A stretch of DNA of 62,900 bases, counting the filler, from Hausera hauseri (taxonomy: Eukaryota), in NCBI GenBank assembly GCA_046269625.1. It is 12 parts of 12 records of this genome, joined end to end, with 100 filler letters (N's around TTAATTAATTAA, not from the genome) between each part and the next. Parts side by side here need not be neighbours in the genome. Positions count along the whole stretch, not along the records: positions 45,470 to 52,706 come from JBJURY010028782.1; positions 52,807 to 57,329 come from JBJURY010541897.1; positions 57,430 to 62,900 come from JBJURY010247293.1; 9 more parts are not named here. One strand, written 5' to 3'. The notes under the pieces were generated by a model that had not been told where the DNA came from, did no database searches, and worked only from the letters and a program-made list of their open reading frames with translations. The first letter of the stretch is position 1, and each line of letters starts with the position of its first letter. Shown here piece by piece: positions 51,401-62,900 of this stretch. The translations under genes and the position numbers were made by a program.

Positions 51401-52313
51401 CGTATGATGTAATATAATGTGGAATATTTTACTTCTGTATTTTTAATAATCCCTATTGGATATTGTTGTTTAATCTTCTCGTGTATGACGAGCTGACAGG
51501 TCCTCTCAATATCAAGGACTTCTTGCAGAATGCGCATGCGTGATTACTTTACGTATGCTATTCTGTCATGTATGGCTACCTGACAGAACATCTGTTTGTG
51601 GAAGTAGAGCCGGTGTAAAAAGTGTTAGATATGAGAGAGACTACAAATATGTAAAAGTAATTTCGGTAACCGTAAAATAATCTAGCTTTAAAAATGTTAA
51701 CCATTTACGTTGCAATAATAAAATGATTGTCTTGTTTAGAAAACTATTTTTTTTTATTTGTTGCCATTTTTCTCCAATGCAGTTTGGATTGTGGAGTTCA
51801 ACTTTGTAAAACCTAGGCAGAGGGGTAATACAAAATGTTAATTGATGTCTTTATACTTTACTTGAAAATTTACAAATGTGTGTGTTACCTTCTCATGGCC
51901 TGTCTGACTCTACAGTCGCCAACCGGCGGGACAGGGACTCTCTCTTCGGCCCTGACTGTTGGTGTGGATGTACTTGAGCTACCGGATAGCTCACGGGATA
52001 ATAATTGCACAAAGGCCCGAGCTGCTGCCTCAGCTTGGGGCGACAGACCCTGTTAAACAGTAACTTTATTCGCAAGAAAGTCAACTTTATGGAATAGCTT
52101 CAACCAGACATAAATGCGGCTTGAACGTTTTGGCATGCAGACTCTAACTTAGCATTGCTCACCGTGCATAATTCACATGCTTGTATTGATAGTTGCACAA
52201 ATAAACGGAGAAAGGTTTAGAGCTAATCAACTTCTCATAACAAGTGGATAATAAGCCAAACATATAACAATGCATGTATTACTTACCGCTCCATTGTTGG
52301 AACTAGACGCCAT
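45470..52313 (-). CDS. Multi-exon fish G2E3-like HECT-domain protein, 3'-partial, probably transposon-borne
   Basis: ATG 52313 with GTAAGT donor; exons include YKASG, GYSAKLLK...FVVPLQE, a CxxC...HxxxC finger, LRGDAAVGDGVNRH, LFDGEKEHRVP...FEMAGHMIGHSFLHGG, QQVKQIRKGLK. Full exon chain not verified. Confidence 0.75.
46756..47381. mobile_element. Non-autonomous hAT (Charlie-like) MITE
   Basis: TIRs CAGGGGTGTCAAAC / GTTTGACACCCCTG; perfect 8-bp TSD ATCTAGGA (46748-46755, 47382-47389). Confidence 0.92.
49741..49949. mobile_element. Short hAT-like MITE, older
   Basis: Imperfect TIRs CAGTGTTTCTCAAC / GTTGAAAAACACAG with extended subterminal complementarity; no clear TSD. Confidence 0.6.
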
Positions 52314-52581
52314 GGTAGATGCTTGAAATTCAGAAATAGCGCGATTTCAATATTTTTTTTCATGTCTTCAGTTTCTAACTGCAGTCAGTCGCTCCTTTTG
52401 AAAAGTTAAACGTTATTGGCTTAAACGTAAGTTGTGTCCCACGTGGGGAGGATCCTAAACATTGGCTAAAACAGGGAGACTATCTGATTGGTCTATCTGA
52501 TCGTCCAATCAGATAGACTAATTCTTAAAAAAACACGCTGAATTTTGAGACCGCTAGTTGAGCTAGATGAGTCTCAAAAAG

Positions 52582-52706
52582 AATCCACAAATGCAGCGCA
52601 GCTCACAGGCCACACGGAGCTCAAAAGTACGAATCTCGAGCTGTGCATTTGTGGATCGTTTGCATTTGTGGATATTTTTTGCATTTGTGGATATTTTTTA
52701 CATTTG
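52582..52706. repeat. GCATTTGTGGAT tandem/inverted subterminal-type repeats
   Basis: Three full copies and one partial copy plus one inverted copy (ATCCACAAATGC) at the contig end, upstream of the HECT gene. Confidence 0.65.
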
Positions 52707-52806
52707 NNNNNNNNNNNNNNNNNNNNNNNNNNNNNNNNNNNNNNNNNNNNTTAATTAATTAANNNNNNNNNNNNNNNNNNNNNNNNNNNNNNNNNNNNNN
52801 NNNNNN

Positions 52807-53201
52807 AAGACTGATTCTGACTTAGTCCACTTTACTATAATATCGGATTCCGCATTGGATGAAAGGTCCAATTTTTCACCAATGATAACATGTCCACCTA
52901 GCTGTAGACGTTTTAATTGTACAATGATTGATTGAAAATTCCATGCCTGAGCATCAGCTATAGAATTAAACTGCATTTTTATGGGATTTCGATGCATTAG
53001 TTTCATATGGTAGTTTGAAAAATAAGCATAAACCAAGAAATGTTTTCGCGAATAATTGCGAAGAATATATCGGTTATTGTGTCGGATTGTCCGCAAACGA
53101 CTTGAAATTTCGTCAAAGCCGGTTTCCAGGCTCCCTGGCGTAAATCGACCGGTTGGTCCAACTGCATGGTAAACTGTTATCGGTATTGTTGCTGTTGTCA
53201 T
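52807..53201 (-). CDS. Divergent penton-like gene, N-terminal part (ortholog of 16659-17655)
   Basis: RLRTIRHNNRY.LRNY...LDLSSNAESDIIVKW shared with C4. Confidence 0.7.
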
Positions 53202-53243
53202 GTTCAGATAATTTGTTACTATCAAGTACCAAATAAATGCTCA

Positions 53244-54274
53244 TCACTCAATCTGCGAGACAAATATCCAACTTGGTGGAATGTATCCGTGTCACTTGAC
53301 GAGATATTGTTTATTCGAACCTTTACCACGTGAACGTAGAATTTCCTGAACACGATATACATCATGTTTCTCGGGCAGTACCTGCAGTTCCTGTTCGTAG
53401 AATTTACCGCGTATTTCCTTACCGTTTTCATCTTTTAAAACGTACATGACAGGTGTTTGTTTTGTGTTGATTGCCGAAATGCGGTAAACCTTGTCGCACC
53501 AGTTCTGATTGAAAGTCTTAATGAATGGCGTCGTACTTATTTTCGACATACGTATGTAAGCACCGATTTTATATTTTGGGCGTTTAATTACCTGTCGTTG
53601 TGTTCGGTTTTATAAAGCCACATGTCTAAATCATCGATTACGCCAACAGGCTGTAATCCATTGATGCCACGATGTATCGAATAATTGTATGCATGAATAA
53701 TATCCGGCTGTACATCTACCCAGCGTTTGTTGCCTTGCTTCGTAAAGAATTTATTTAGGCGACCGCGCAATGTTCGATTAAATCGTTCAAAGAGTGCAGC
53801 CTTATATTGGGAAAACACCGAGTAATGGTTTATACCAAACCGTTCCAAGACCGATGCAACGTAGGCGTTGTAGAATTTCTTATCCAAATCCGTTTGTAAA
53901 TGCTTCGGTTGTTGTTGTTGTTGTATCAGTGTTTGAACAGCGTCGGCAATCTCTTTACCGGATTTAGATTTCACAGTAACTGCACGTGCAAAACTACTAA
54001 ACACATCAATATATGTCAGCACGTACCGATACCCATCGTTGATGCTGGCGTACGGAATCATTTTTATCATATCCATTGGCTATACGTTATTTACACCGGC
54101 AGCACGGTATGCACGAGTTAAAAACCGCATTCTTATCGGTTTGTTTAGGTTGTATGCTAACTGTTTTCCAAGCTAACGTTGGGCCTGTTTCCGAGTCTGT
54201 CTGACAGTCTTTGCCAGTTTGTCGACGCCAGTATACCTGATGGGATGACGCGGATCGAACCACACATCGCCCAT
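53244..54274 (-). pseudogene. Polinton integrase with chromodomain, frameshifted
   Basis: YRYVLTYIDVFS, LQTDLDKKFYN, KAALFERFNRTL, GKFYEQELQ, QYLVK. Confidence 0.93.
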
Positions 54275-54560
54275 CGTTGTCGGCGATGGTGTCGGTTTTT
54301 CTTTCATTACAATAATTTGAACGAAACATAAATGAAAGATTCGGTAAACTGGGACAAAATGATGAAAAATATGCACCGCTTTCCACTATCCACAACGATA
54401 TTGTATAAAATTTCCATAAAATCGTCTACTACAAATTGCGGGAATGATCGCAGCATGTTTCATTTATGTCTCGTACGTGCCTTGAGCAAAACAATAAAGT
54501 ACGGCTGACTACGTTTGAATCGCATTTTTTCACGTATTGATATTGATGAGACGTAGTTGT

Positions 54561-54755
54561 TTATAAGCGTTTCCACTGTGACGGTAATGTGCGTCTAGTT
54601 GCTGCTGCTGCTACTGTTGTTCGAAGCACAGAATTGATGAATCGTTTGACTGTAGCGGTTCGTTTTGATACACGTTTCTTGCCACCGGACACCCGCTTGG
54701 TAGGTTTACGTTTAACAATTGTTCTTGGGAAATTCTTCATTTTTATCATAATCAT
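54561..54755 (-). CDS. Small Lys/Arg-rich Polinton protein
   Basis: Basic 64-aa ORF ending SQWKRL, with ATGA overlap on the ATPase stop. Confidence 0.5.
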   Translation of the reverse strand: MIMIKMKNFPRTIVKRKPTKRVSGGKKRVSKRTATVKRFINSVLRTTVAAAATRRTLPSQWKRL

Positions 54756-55407
54756 GTCGTCAATTTTTGAATTTGTGTATAGACATATACACTTTTCTGA
54801 TTGAAAATGTCTGTTCGTACACGAATGTCATCGAAACACTGTTGCGTAAAGTCAGTGAACAAGTATCCATGTGGCTCGGTCGTAGCATCATGATATGCAT
54901 CTATGAAGTAGTCTGGGTTGTGACGAAATGCTTGTCGTGCAACATAATCAATGATAGTCTGATCACGGGGATTTTTGAACAACACCAAATAGTGCACGTT
55001 TAGATTTATTGTTCTATGCTATCTGCCCTCATGGAACATGTTTTGCGTAATGAAAATAACCGTCACACGACGGTGAAGTGCAATCTTTATGAAGAGGTTG
55101 TTGAAGTCCGATTGTTTTGTTGCCTCTCGAAATAAATCGTCGATGATAATAATGTCACCGATGCGTAATCTCTATGACTAGTTCTCATCAAACCCATCAA
55201 TTACCGTTATCGATTTCAGTTTACAAAATTCCCGTTGTGTCAAACCGGGCTCACCATCATCACCAACATCCTGATGCAAGTATATATGATTTCACCGCGG
55301 TGAATGGAACATGTCACGGTAGTTCTGCAATAGTTTACACACAAAGTGTGTTTTACCACTTCCCCTGGGCCTAAAATCTGGAAAATTGCATCATTCTGCA
55401 GCTTCAT
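54752..55407 (-). pseudogene. Polinton A32-like packaging ATPase
   Basis: ILGP-(frameshift)-GSGKTHFV, IIIIDDLF, HRRVTVIFITQNMF, RTINLNVHYLVLFKNPRD, PHGYLFTDFTQ, RTDIF. Confidence 0.92.
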
Positions 55408-55472
55408 CTAAATAGTAATAAGAATAATACAACCTTTCCTCACATGATTTGTTTATAATCGTGTTACACGAA

Positions 55473-55480
55473 TATAAATA
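55473..55480 (+). promoter_or_regulatory. TATA box upstream of the TBP-like gene
   Basis: TATAAATA ends 27 nt before ATG 55507, within the 100-bp divergent gap between ATPase and TBP-like gene; the gap is AT-rich, so chance is possible. Confidence 0.4.
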
Positions 55481-55506
55481 GCTATAGTATAAACACTTTT
55501 TCCATA

Positions 55507-56070
55507 ATGTTAACTAATTTCAACTATCGCGGACATGTTACCGAGTGTGACATTAACACACAACCTTTTATTCAATGTAAGCCGAGGCAGTATGTCCTCA
55601 AGTGTCCACTGGATTTTACGTGCATTATACTTCAATCGGGAAAGTGTCGTATTATGTGTTGTCGCAAACCAATCACATCTGACAGTAACAGTAAACTACT
55701 ACCATTCGGAATTGTCATGGACAAAATCCAATCAATAACGGTAACGACTCAGTTAGACTACCAAACAATCAATCTGTACAAGGTAGCAATGGCCACGGAA
55801 AGTACGTATGAACCCGAACTGTTTCCTGCACTGAGACTTACATCGTTTCGCCCACTTTGTGTCAACGTGTTTAGCAGTAGAAAAATTGTTGTACTCGGTA
55901 TTCGTACAGTGGACTATGAACCGATTATTAATCAAATTAAAAACCACATAGATGTTTTAGTGAATCAAAATAATGTATATTACACAAACTATAAATACCA
56001 TTCCCATGCTCATTCAGACATTACTACCATGAAAGACGATGATAAAACGATTCTACTTAATGACGCTTAG
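55507..56070 (+). CDS. TATA-box-binding-protein-like protein (two-repeat core only, divergent)
   Basis: Repeat 1 TCIILQSGKCRIM; repeat 2 KIQSITVT...INLYKVA...YEPELFPAL...VNVFSSRKIVVLG matches TBP signatures (YEPELFPGL, IFxSGKxVxxG); intronless. Confidence 0.85.
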   Translation: MLTNFNYRGHVTECDINTQPFIQCKPRQYVLKCPLDFTCIILQSGKCRIMCCRKPITSDSNSKLLPFGIVMDKIQSITVTTQLDYQTINLYKVAMATESTYEPELFPALRLTSFRPLCVNVFSSRKIVVLGIRTVDYEPIINQIKNHIDVLVNQNNVYYTNYKYHSHAHSDITTMKDDDKTILLNDA

Positions 56071-56829
56071 GCGAATGATGAAAGTTCAGATTGGTCGTGG
56101 TTGTTTGCCTACAAAAAGCACAATTCTAATGTTAATTTTCTGGAAACCAAAACAGAACCTGTCCAACAATTATAAAAACCGTGTGATAATTCTAATGGCG
56201 ATTGTCTGCATGGCGATTATGATGTCGATTGTCTTGAAATGAAAAAGGAACTTGCTCAGAAATCAGCAGCAGCAAAATCGACGTTAAAAAGGCAAAATGC
56301 AATGATTAAAATACGTAAACGGAAATCAAAACCGTAGTGCCAAACACAGACATTTTTACCGAAACGAATTTTTCGCAAGCATAAAATGAATTTTCTGTAA
56401 ACGCCCGTACTGATTTCATTGAATGATCCCGTGTCGCTATGCGCAGCCAAGTACAGTTATCGTGTAAAACGGCTTTTGGGTGAAAATTTTGATAACATTT
56501 CTTATGATCACATCAATTAAACATGGATTTAAAGTTGAAAGAAAGGACCGTGCAACAGCAATTTTTCGTTTTACCGGCTCAAAAAACGAAATTTTTTATT
56601 TTATCGGTCACGAAATATCTAGTGTACCCGATGATGATGGTTCAAAGTGTTGACTGAATATTGAATTGCAAGAATACAAGGAAAAAGCCGGTATCAAAAG
56701 CCCGATTTGGCGTGTAGCTGACGCACATTTTAATTATCAATAAATTTTGTTGTTTTGTTCTTTCATTAACCCAATTAACGAGTACAAATATACGTGTATT
56801 TTTAAAATTAGGCATAAAAGTAATTATAA

Positions 56830-57280
56830 TAAATGATGTAAAAATTATCTTAACAGACGAAAATACCTTTGTACTGAGACGTGTTATAGCAAACAGTGCA
56901 GGCTACGATGTTTTCAAATAACAATACGACAATTTCAGACAGCACAATCAAATGCATAACGACTGGGATTCGATTGGTGATTCAACCCAGTTACTACGGT
57001 CAACTTTTATCGAAAAGCGGACTGGCAAAGCTCGGACAGACGGTTGTTGGCGGCGGTGTCATTGATTCAGACTTTCGTGGTGAAATTAAGGTGTTGCTGA
57101 AAAACCAATTCGGGGAACCGTATGCTTTTTTGAAAAGCAGTGCAATCGCATAAATCGTTTTTCTTCGATGTGAAGAGACGGAATTCAGTGTAATGTCTCC
57201 GGACCGATGGGGATTGTTTTGTGTCAATGAAGCAAAGAATTTGGCTTTGGTGATATGGACAAAACCACTTATGTTTAATG
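56830..57280 (+). pseudogene. Trimeric dUTPase, disrupted
   Basis: Motifs SAGYD, KSG, GVIDSDFRGE, IA(Q to stop) and a GFG remnant; frameshifts. Confidence 0.9.
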
Positions 57281-57475
57281 ATTGTGATAATAATAATAAT
57301 AGTTAGTTGTTTTGCTTGTGTTATAAACCNNNNNNNNNNNNNNNNNNNNNNNNNNNNNNNNNNNNNNNNNNNNTTAATTAATTAANNNNNNNNNNNNNNN
57401 NNNNNNNNNNNNNNNNNNNNNNNNNNNNNAAAATCTGGATTTAGAAGTAAACTAGTATCGCTTGTTAGTAGAATA

Positions 57476-57616
57476 TTTTATGAAATTTCAAAATTATTCA
57501 ACCTATTAGGGGAAAATTGAAGAAGTGCGAATTTTCATGAGATTTGAAAATTCTCATTTGTGTGAAATTTTACACTTAAATAACTAATATTCATAAAAAA
57601 CCCTGACTAGCAGTAA
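57476..57616 (+). repeat. Dispersed repeat shared with 13973-14161
   Basis: Same conserved blocks as the C3 end. Confidence 0.7.
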
Positions 57617-57692
57617 AGTTCCTTCCATTGTGAAATGTCAAAGGCAGGATGGACACTAAAGAAAATTACAGTGATATGGACATGAGTGATTT

Positions 57693-60600
57693 TTATTTTT
57701 TCATAAATTTCATCTGTTTCACGTATTCCCAAACGACAATGGCACCAGTCACGTGAACATTCAACGAGCGTATTTGACCCAATTGTGGAATTTCAACACA
57801 CCGATCAATGATCGAAATTATGTTAACCGGAATACCTTCTTTCTCATTTCTACAATATCGTAATTGAGTCAGCGAAAGAAACGAAAAGCAGACCCCAAAA
57901 TTAAAACCGTTTTTGGAGTGAATACCATCGCTTGCAACGGAACACTGTGAGCAGTTTGTTCAACTCCGACAATTTCGAATCCCTGTTGCTTCTTCAAAAA
58001 AATGAAATCAATTAATGATCTCAACGGCACTTCGGTGATATTAATCCATTTATCGGCTGTGACAGCGAGCTGTTTGAAGCTGTTGTCATTGACGACAGCC
58101 ATATTATTGACGACAAATTCTCCGATGCCAAAAATTTCACTTGTTCTTGCCAAACCCCCAAGATTCGTCGTTTTATCCAATAAGGAGCAGATCAAAACTA
58201 GATCAGTTGATGGAGTTGAGAGACCAAACATTTCTTGGAGCTCGTCTTCATCCGGTCGTGATACAATCCACGGTTGTATTTTCTTTTGATAATCCATTCC
58301 ATTATTGTTTTCCAACTGATCATCAATCACCGATGATTCCACTTTAATACGCCACGACGATCCGTGACAATAGTCGACCCAACCAGCCCGGAAATTGTAA
58401 AATTGAAAGCAATAATCATCAGGACAGTCACCAACAATTATAAATTGATCGATGGATATCAGTTCCTCTTCAACAAGCCCGAACAAACGAGGCAGAATAT
58501 CAAACATAGTCTCAAGACAAATATCCTGTACCGGGTTGAAAAATCCCCACCAGAAATTCTCCGTCAAATTGCTGACGTTTTTGAACGTCGAACTGCGACT
58601 GAGAAATGTCCGGTAGTTTGCGATAATGTTCGACAGGGATTCGTTGGATTTCGACAAGGATTTTGCAACTTGACAAACGAGCGCCATCGCGTGCAGGCGA
58701 ATGTTGAAATTTTGTGCGGAACCCAATGGCAGAACAGTGCACACCAATTTTTCAACGTCAACTGCATCCGTTAGTTCAATCAAATGTTTGAAAATGTTTA
58801 TCAGAGAACAAACATTCGCCGGTTTTTTGTCGGATGAATTTGCCAGAAGTGAAAAGAGCTGTTGTTGAAGAGGCAAACTGTTACGCATCAGAATGATTAA
58901 TGTCCACTCGGCCATGTGTCGGATGGAACTGAGAGTTTCATTTTGAATACAGGCAATCATCCAGCGCACAACCGATGTTTCTACTTGTGCCGATACGGAA
59001 CCAATTGTATTATTGATACAGATAAACAGGATTGAAAACAAACGATGGCGCAATCGATGGGTTTGGTTGTTAATGTAGTTTTTATAGCAGCCTCGATTGG
59101 CTTCTACAATTGACTTGTCTATTTCGTGCAGCCGATGAATAACTGCCTCAATGAAGCACGTCGTTATCATATTATTGTTGCGCAGACACAAGATAAGAAT
59201 ACCGGAAATTCGACTGTTACTTTCATTAATCCGATTTATCCCTTTACAATCCCATCGATCACCGTACCGATGACAAAAATACTTATCGATAATATTGTCG
59301 TATTTGGAATTCCGTCGATGAAACGGACCGAACAATGCCAATTTACACGTCACATCCAAACAGAACCGTTCCAAATCACCGCTACACTTATTACCATTGA
59401 TATTTTTCACGAATTCGTGCATTTTCTGACCGAACAAATTAACGACACGAACTTTCTTTTCACCCAATTCAAATATCGCATCGACAACGGCACTCAGACG
59501 AATCCAACAGAATCGGCCGTTCGTCGAATTGACGAAATCCACAAACGGAAACAGCACAGTCGACAGAAAGATTCGATAGATTTCCCAAAACCGATGAGCA
59601 TTGGCCAGTTCGTCGTTGATTTTCATCCATGAAAATTCGACGAATCGACCGAATTTCTCAATGAAATCGAAGTCGGTCGTTGGCAGTTTGCTGATCAAAC
59701 ATTGAGCAAATTTCAACACGGAAATAACGGAAAATACTGTCGTACTGATGTCCAACAAATCACTGCAAAAATCCAACAGATCCATTTTGCTTATGCTCAA
59801 CGGTTTGTCGTCCGATAATTGTCGAATGAGTCGAGACAAACAGCGCAATTTCTGGTATCCCAATGACGTGATGTTCGTCAGTTTACCAATTTCCAATAAA
59901 TGATCCCGATCGGTGTTGGGTAATATGTGTTGAAACTGTGGGTTTGGGAGAAACGACCCTGCAATGACTAACACCGCATCGTCAACGGACCGGCGACAAA
60001 TCGTACTGACTTCATCGGGAAATTGTTTCGTAAAGAATTTCAACAAATTCAAATAGTCCAATTGCGTCTGGGAATTGGCAACAGTGTCGAAATGGTAAAT
60101 TCTGTTCAAGAGAAAGGTCACAATGTCCGGCAGAACATTTCTAATTGTCGAACTAACGATGGACTGTTTGTTCGCGTGTTGCCGACAATGCGTCAATTCC
60201 GTGAAACACAATTGGACATTTTTCAGAAACAATACGATCTTCTGAGATTCGTCAACCAGTGAACTGTCATCCGTTCGAAATTCTTTGGAAATGTTCGTCA
60301 GAAAAAGCGCGAACGACTCGTCATCGGTATGCAAATTCATCAGAGAAAATAACAAAGAAACGGTAAATAAATTCATATTGGAATTCCGAATAATTCCTTT
60401 GAATATTTCAATTGGTGAACCGGTGGCGAACTTCGTCGTAAACAAATCCAACAAAACATTATCCGAAAAAATCACTTTGTTATTATCGAGTAAATAATTC
60501 ATACTAATCAAATAATCGGAAATCAACGACAAGTCTACATCGTGATTGTTCAGGAATCCAATCAACAGAAACGACGTGACACAACAACGATATTTCACGT

Positions 60601-61944
60601 CCAACGTTTCCAAATTCCGTCGACAGAGCGTTGCGAGTTTCGACAGAACGTTCAGCGAGAATCTCGCGCTGACTAAATGGATCTTGGAAAAAGCCTCGGT
60701 GAAAAATAAGAGTGCCTGAGAATTCCAGGAAATCGCAGAGATCGTATTGAAAAATCCATAGAGATCGGTTTCATAGTTCGATGACGAGAAAAATCGAGCG
60801 AACAAATCGTCGAGAAACCGAACAAGAGATTCATTGGCAAAAAATCCGTTGATCGGTGTGATGGATTCGTGAGAAAAGTAGAAAACGGAATCGTTGAGAA
60901 ATTTGGAGAAGAAGTCCGTTAAGAGATTCTTGTATGAGTTCGATTGTAACGTAATTGGTAACTGAAGAAATTGCTGAAATCCCCATTTCAAAACCACCGT
61001 ATTGTCATGCATCAGCGCTTTTTTAATGATAATAATCGGCCACTGGATTGGAAGATTTCCAAACGAGTAGTTGCCTTTCAGACGGTCAAATTTGGATAAA
61101 ACTGGTAGAATAACGTGCGTTTGTTTCTCTTCTAATGACTGAATTAAATCCAAAATATCCGTGATATCATTTTCAGACAAAGACAATTGGATGATTTCGT
61201 TTGAAGCCACCTCAAGACGTTGGTCTCCATTTAACTTACACGTATGAAGAAATCTGTTCAACCAATATATAGCGCGTTTTCGATTCATGGACACCGATAC
61301 TATAGGATTGTTCATTATTCCTATCCAAAGGTCGCTAGACAGAAGTGCAGCCCGATCAATGACAGCATTAATGGAAGCGGCTGATAACAGAAGAATAAAA
61401 TACTCATAACAGTTGAGACTATTTAATTTTTCAACGTAATCTGTATTGCGTCAATATCACTAAGTCATTTTGTGTAATTTTTCTCATTGATTGAATAAGA
61501 AACAGTAAACATTTTTCTTTAACCGCTATATTATCTGCTGATCCACATATTTCCCCTAAAAGATGACGATCAGTCATATTTTCCAGCAAATCGGGATAAT
61601 TGATCGAAATAAACACTAGAACATCCTATACTTAAACTTCCTGATTCACTAACAATCAACACTAGTTTCTGAGTAATGTCTTTTCACTTGATGGTATGAT
61701 TACTATATTGATTTATTAAAAATCTAATAAAAATATGAGTAAATAAATTACACTCCATATTCAATAAAATATGGCACAATTCTGATGCAACATCGGGAGG
61801 AATAGATTCAAAGTCCTTTAAATTTATCTCATTGAAATTCTTTTCTGAATATTTAAAAACTTTGTCAAATATCATCTCATTCCTGTATTTACTGTCTGTT
61901 TCTTTAATACAAGAGGCATATAACAATAATTCTAAATTATCCAT
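57693..61944 (-). CDS. TARBP1: TARBP1/Trm3 tRNA (Gm18) 2'-O-methyltransferase; 5' structure unresolved
   Basis: Long helical N-terminus, DYQKKI, SpoU domain [20 protein letters not shown]...GVEQT...ILG|NEKEGIP...[15 protein letters not shown]...WEY after a 44-nt GT-AG intron (57850-57893). Upstream pieces 61316-61944 lie in different frames. Confidence 0.93.
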
Positions 61945-62040
61945 TCGAAAAAAATTGCTGTCTATTTATGGATATCTAAAACAAAATGAAATTTAACAAA
62001 TTTACAAAAACAAATTTTTTCATAACACGCTAATTTTTCC

Positions 62041-62294
62041 TGTAATTAATTTACATGTATTGCACTAATATCACGATGCCACTAACCTAATATATTTATA
62101 TATAGTTTCAAATTGACAAGAAGCCTATAGTGTATTTATAAAGTTATGATAAAAAATACTCATTTTTTATTTATTTCAAATTATAAATTAAAATATGCAG
62201 TACTTACAAAATTCATATAGTAAGAGATCTAGAAGACTCCATATCAATTTATATTTCTAATATAACACTGTCGTTATTTAAACAAATTATCACA
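62041..62294 (-). repeat. Putative 3' LTR
   Basis: TGTGAT start after the PPT; candidate end ATTACA at 62041. Confidence 0.45.
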
Positions 62295-62900
62295 TTTTCT
62301 AACTTCCCTCTCTCCGTTTTATAGTTTGACGTCACACTTTTCAACCACTCGATTCGCCTGGGTTTCAGTCTATTCGGAAATTGTAGTACCTCCTGACGTG
62401 GAGTAAGGAATTTAACTATTCGGTATGGTCCTTCGTATCTATCCCCATCTTTTGTGTGGGTCTTTTTTACTAATACCTCTTTCCCCACTTAAAACATTCG
62501 GTATCCACGTTTTTGATCTTCCAATTGTTGTAATCTTTCGGCGGCCTTTTTACTATTTTGTTCCGCTGTCGGGTTGTTTTGGACTCCTGCATCCTGATGC
62601 AACCCATGCAAAGAGTTTCTTCCCGAACACTACTTCAAAGGGGCTCATTCCGATTGTTGCCTGCCAAGTTGCATTTCTGGCGAACTCTATTCTCGTGATT
62701 ATGGTGTCCCAGCTTGATTTCTCCTCGTCTCTTTTCAAAGTTGTAGCAATCATGTCTCTTATTGTCCGTATCGTTCTTTCTGCCAGGCCATTTGCCTGAT
62801 GTTGATAAGGCGCCGTAAATTCCTGTTTAATTCCCAGCTGTTCGCACATTTGTCGCATTTTTGCACTTTCGAAAACTTTCCCGCGATCTGTCAAAATTGT
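62249..62900 (-). pseudogene. Gypsy integrase C-terminal half
   Basis: TDRGKVF...TAPYQHQANGLAERTIRTI...SPFEVVFG; YEGPYRIV; followed by PPT GGAGAGAGGGAAG. Confidence 0.9.

Larger units (their letters stand above)
52807..57329. mobile_element. Polinton/Maverick fragment, sister copy of C4, with TBP-like and dUTPase genes
   Basis: 52807-54370 is colinear with C4 17215-18840; continues into the ATPase and a divergent gene block. Confidence 0.88.

Noticed and set aside
51049-51627. Possible MITE with TTTTACAC.GGCT inverted ends
   Set aside because: Ends are imperfect and no TSD could be fixed; plausible but not supported enough to annotate.
58002-60497. Plus-strand ORFs opposite TARBP1 (likewise ORFs opposite the pol genes and CDC5L)
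   Set aside because: Antisense shadows of the real coding strand.

Overview
This window is not one locus. It is 12 unrelated eukaryotic contigs of about 4-7 kb joined by an artificial 100-bp spacer (N44-TTAATTAATTAA-N44): C1 1-4468, C2 4569-9678, C3 9779-14175, C4 14276-18996, C5 19097-24892, C6 24993-30036, C7 30137-35050, C8 35151-39161, C9 39262-45369, C10 45470-52706, C11 52807-57329, C12 57430-62900. At least two genomes appear mixed. One is an AT-rich, TE-rich invertebrate-like genome with a 44-nt intron in a TARBP1/Trm3 gene. The other is teleost-like (tmem38b exons, fish-type DNA transposons; C5, C10). Most of the window is decayed mobile DNA: Ty3/Gypsy retrotransposons (C1, C2, C6, C8, C9, C12) and endogenous Polinton/Maverick (adintovirus-like) elements (C4, C7, C11, plus a pPolB fragment in C8). 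The most interesting signals are: (i) a Polinton carrying a TATA-binding-protein-like gene and a dUTPase, divergent from its ATPase-integrase-capsid block, with tandem penton genes; (ii) two co-varying 56-57 nt D-armless tRNA-like structures antisense in a Gypsy 3' UTR; (iii) an intronless CDC5L Myb fragment linked to a Gypsy leader, present twice, one copy shortened by microhomology deletions. All family calls come from motif recognition by eye; no database searches were run.
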